A stretch of DNA of 53,192 bases, filler included, from Bipalium vagum (lineage: Eukaryota), in the NCBI GenBank assembly GCA_037834085.1. It is 3 parts of 3 records of this genome, joined end to end, with 100 filler letters (N's around TTAATTAATTAA, not from the genome) between each part and the next. Parts side by side here need not be neighbours in the genome. Positions count along the whole stretch, not along the records: positions 35,376 to 53,192 come from JBBMKC010045484.1; 2 more parts are not named here. The stretch is one strand, 5' to 3'. This document shows, one piece after another, positions 49,036 to 53,192 of the stretch (position 1 is the first letter of the stretch; every line of letters starts with the position of its first letter). Under the pieces are notes generated by a model. The model was not told where the DNA came from. It made no database searches and was given only the letters and a program-made list of their open reading frames with translations. The position numbers and the translations under genes are program-made.

Positions 49036-52000
49036 TTTTTTATAATTTATTAAAACAATTGATTAACATCAGTAATTGCCAAATTCCGCGACCATATGAA
49101 CTCAAATCAATAAATAAATAATAAAGCTGAGCCAAATAATTGTTGAAGTCTTCCAAGAACAGAGGTTTTTGCCTGGTAGGTCACTTTAAGCGACATAAAT
49201 TAATTTTAATCGCTTTGTTAAAGACCAGAAGTCTATAATGGGTGAAATAAAAGATCACAATGCTGTTGTAAATGGTTACAAAATTTTCTCTCTCAAATGG
49301 TTTAATGCAAATCATTTTCTATTAAAACCAATATTTCAATTTGAAGTTGTCTTCCAAAGGTGTAAACCTTTTCTCTAAAATTCGAAATACTTATTAAAAT
49401 CAACAACTTTCTCGCCACAAACTTCAGATTATCTCTTTAACGACCTCCGTAGTATATTTTTCTTTTCGGTTATTTTTGCAATATATAATTAAAACCGACT
49501 CATATAAACAAAATAATAAATTTATGCCTGTCAATAAATATTTCATATAAACTATTTTAATTTTATTTGCATTAAAGATTTTTATCGAAAACAGGACGAA
49601 TTTATGCACGAAAGAAACTAAAAGAATTTTTATAATATAAAATATTTAACAATAAAACGTTTTTATCAATAAAAAGAAAATCTTGAAAAGTTAAGTTTTT
49701 ATTGACAAATTATATTTTATATAATCAATAATTATTGAAAAATTATAAAAATAAATAAATAATCACTTTCATTATTGATTAATTTCAAAGAAGAGTTTTT
49801 AAAGATTTAATATTTTTTTAAATAATAAATGAGTAAAAAAACTTTTTACAATTATTTATTTTAGAAGTCTTATTTAATTTAATGGTTGAATTACATAATT
49901 AATTAAGTTTATTTATTTTTAATATATTTAATTTAAATTTTTAAAAAATAAATCTCAATGTCATCTATAATTAATTAATTACACAATAATTATATGTAAT
50001 TAAATTAAATTTTTTAAAATTTAAAAATGGTTGGCGTTTTAAGCGTAAGTACATATAAAACTTTTCCAATAGTAAAGAATAGCAGGAATAAGAATAATTT
50101 TGAAAATATAAAATAATTAAGTAAAAATAGACGAACAACTGTAAGTCTTTACGAAGGATATATCATGCTTAAAGCTAAATACAATTTTTCAAAGTTTGTT
50201 TAAGAAGATTTGATACTAGAGGAAATTAATGTGGAAACTAATGGGAAATATGAGATGAAATGTAATTTCCCCACACATTCTTTATGTAAACACCATTAAT
50301 ATTAAACGAAAATATTAACCTTTTTAAAATCGAAAATCATTCATATTATTATTTAACAAGTGATTTGCACAAGAATCATTTTCCAAACTTGCAATCTGTT
50401 ATATTATTATTGACATTCGAAGTATCAACTATATTGAACTATATAATTTAATTCGAAGTATGTTGAACAATTAAAAGAAAAAAACCGTATTGAAAAATAA
50501 AAAATTCATTAATAATTTCAAAAAACTTAAGGCAAAACTTAACATTTTTGTTTAAAAACCAAAGAAACGTTATTTATTTAATAATAATAATATCTCCATA
50601 GGACATAATCATTCTCAAAAAATTTCGGATAATAGGTTTATAACATCTCTCATGAAAACACTATCTTCAAAATTATAATTATAGCTATTAAAAATTATTA
50701 TTTATACAAAACCGGTTTAAATATTGCTTTTTATTAAAATTAAAAAAAAATTTTTATTATTATTATCTATCAAACTAAAAAAGGGTATCATCCTTAAACT
50801 CAAATTCATTACTTCAATGAAGAATAAATCTTACAAACAAGAAATGAAACTTTCTTTAATCATATTATATAGAATATATTGTGAATATATATTGAATAGA
50901 AAAATATAATCTTGGACTGATCCAAATATGTAACAAAAAAATTTTGCATTATTTTTACATAAGTGAGGTATTAGCAAATCTGATGAAAAAAAATAGAACG
51001 GATATTGAAAAATAGATATAATAAATTTTAAATTTAAAATATCGCAAAAGTTAAATTTCAAAATATTTAGATTTGATGCAGCAAAACAAATGTCATATTC
51101 GAAATCAGCACATCTCAATCTGTAAAAGTCACTGTTATTATGCTTGCCCCAAAATCACTGTTGATCAGTGTAATTACATCTGTGAATTTCATTTCTTATG
51201 AATATAAAAAAACACTAATTTCTTTCCATTTTACTTGGAATGCATTTTACTACATCGTGTTTTACTTGTCTTCAATATAAACTTAACAATTTTGAGAACT
51301 TTCATATGTAAAAGAAATGTCTAAACTCAATCTATTACGAAAACTCATAAGTCAATGAAGTCTCCCTTTTATAACTATATCAAATTGATTTCAGTAGACT
51401 GTGAGAACTGAGCTTCATCTTGAAACTCAATTGATCTTGAAAAATCAGGATTAAAACAATCCAAAAACAAGTTAAAAGCAAGAAAAAACTCCACAAAAGA
51501 AAAATCAAACTTGTCTCAATTTAGATTTACCAAAACCTGCCCTGCTCATTCATCTTTTCTTACACTGGAAATCTCTATCATTAATTTAATTATTTTGTTT
51601 ACATTATTATAAAACGATGGGGTCGTAACATTGAGGATTTGCTGAGGGGGAAAATTCTAATGACAAACCCAATGACAGTAATGAAAATATATTTACACAA
51701 TCAATTAAATTTCACACAAATCGCGTCAAATCAAAAACGGGAATATTGGCCCCCTCAATCCACAGTTCAGATTTGTTTAAATTAATAAAAATAAAATTGA
51801 AATTTATATTTTAAAATAAATCTAATATCAATGTAAGCGGAAAAGCACGGAGAAATCCCATTTTGAGTTAAAGGCCAATTATTCAATAATTCATGTTTAT
51901 ATTAAATTAGTTTTCCATAAATCAAGAGCGAAGTACGTTTCATAAGACAATTCGTATTATTAGAAATAATTGCTTCAGTGTCATAGAAAATTGACGGATT

Positions 52001-52315
52001 GGGAAATTTGACTAAGAAAATATTATCCCAACTGCACTGAAAAACGATATATTATAATTATATTTTCGTATAACCGTTTTACATTGTGTCAACATATAAT
52101 TTATTTTACTCCATTTTGAAATGGAGAGAAATAACCTTTCGCTCTTTTTTTTCAACATTTTCAAATGTCACATTAAAATCTGTTTGAAATATCATTTAAG
52201 AACCCAATGAAAAATATAATTAATATTTAAGATATTATGTTAATTAATTATTAATTATAATTAATTGTAAATTAAAAATATAACGAGCTATAATTTACCA
52301 GATACGGAAAAAACC

Positions 52316-52596
52316 GGTATAACTGTAGTTTCATACTCCCCTCAAAATTTTAATTTGTTTTACTGTAGTTACTTTTTATATTATTTCCTGTGCACCATGA
52401 AACTATTTTTTGATTTAATGACAGCTGAGGAATCCGCTATGATATGATGTAAAGAAAATGGTCTTTTGACAATGGGAATGGTTTTTGCTAATAATGGTGA
52501 GAGTTCTTTTCAGAATGGATATTCCTAACTGGGGTTATAAACTAATATGTTTTGTATTTATTTTTGAAGGGAGGGGCGTGAAAATACAGTAATACT
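52316..52596 (+). mobile_element. Short non-autonomous element, probably Merlin-derived
   Basis: Imperfect TIRs GGTATAACTGTAGTTTCATACTCCCC / reverse complement AGTATTACTGTATTTTCACGCCCCTCCC. Internal EESAMI*CKENGLL resembles a Merlin N-terminus. Confidence 0.5.
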
Positions 52597-53127
52597 AAAA
52601 AAAAATAGTAAATTTTTATTATAGGAAAAAGAACAAAATTTCTAGAAAAACAATACCACAATAATAATAAGACTGCTTGAATTGAATTAAGAAATCAATA
52701 AAGAAATTAATACCCATGTTCCTGTCAATTAAAGATTATTTCAGTTTAATATATCTAAATATATATATCAAAGGTCATATAAAAATTATACTAAATTTCA
52801 TTATTTTAATATTACTAAATCTTTTACAGTTTGAAATTAAAGTATTAATTAAGCGCCTTAAATTAAAGATTTTAAAGTATAGTAAAAAGGTTTTAAAAAA
52901 TGTAATTAAAGTTTTTAAAGTAAAACCAAAGCTAATACTAGATAACAGATTTATAAAATTTCATAATTAATATTTTTTGAAAAGCTGAGATCTAATGAAT
53001 TTGTTTAAATATGAGAAATTTAGGAGCGAAATTCAAAAAACAATCAAGATGTTTTTTTATTGAAATAACAGCCATTGTAAATTTTTCATTATGGATTTAT
53101 ATTACAAGGAAGAGTGGTAATTTAGGA

Positions 53128-53133
<6 letters not shown>

Positions 53134-53179
<46 letters not shown>
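53134..53179. repeat. (AT)n microsatellite, ~23 units
   Basis: Seen directly. Confidence 0.95.
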
Positions 53180-53182
<3 letters not shown>

Positions 53183-53192
53183 GGTGTTGACT

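Noticed and set aside
35376-51120. Many 60-106 aa hydrophobic ORFs on both strands; possible membrane protein, NUMT or reassigned stop codons
   Set aside because: Such F/I/L/N/K-rich ORFs are expected by chance in DNA this AT-rich. There are no mitochondrial or other motifs, all three stop types interrupt the frames, and the real genes here use the standard code.

Overview
Very AT-rich animal (metazoan) genomic scaffold, not prokaryotic. The transposon mix (many mariners plus a NeSL-clade retroelement) would fit a flatworm such as a planarian, but the species cannot be fixed from sequence alone. Two 100-bp artificial linkers (N44-TTAATTAATTAA-N44) divide it into three contigs. Contig 1 (1-16568) holds four minus-strand exons of an unusually large HP1-like gene (chromodomain + chromo shadow domain, at least 962 aa, with a ~508-aa tail after the shadow domain). 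Its 9.9-kb intron contains a decayed restriction-like-endonuclease (RLE) non-LTR retrotransposon with two tandem Ulp1/SENP-like protease domains, plus several Tc1/mariner elements. Contig 2 (16669-35275) holds four plus-strand exons of a CREB/ATF1-family bZIP gene with a ~168-aa extension after the zipper, introns filled with nested mariner/hAT/Tc1 remnants, and an orphan minus-strand terminal exon. Both genes lack their 5' exons, which point into the first gap (head-to-head arrangement). Contig 3 (35376-53192) has no gene I could assemble: mariner and Merlin remnants, a few hairpins and an (AT)n tract. All translations and splice junctions were worked out by hand; no database search was run.
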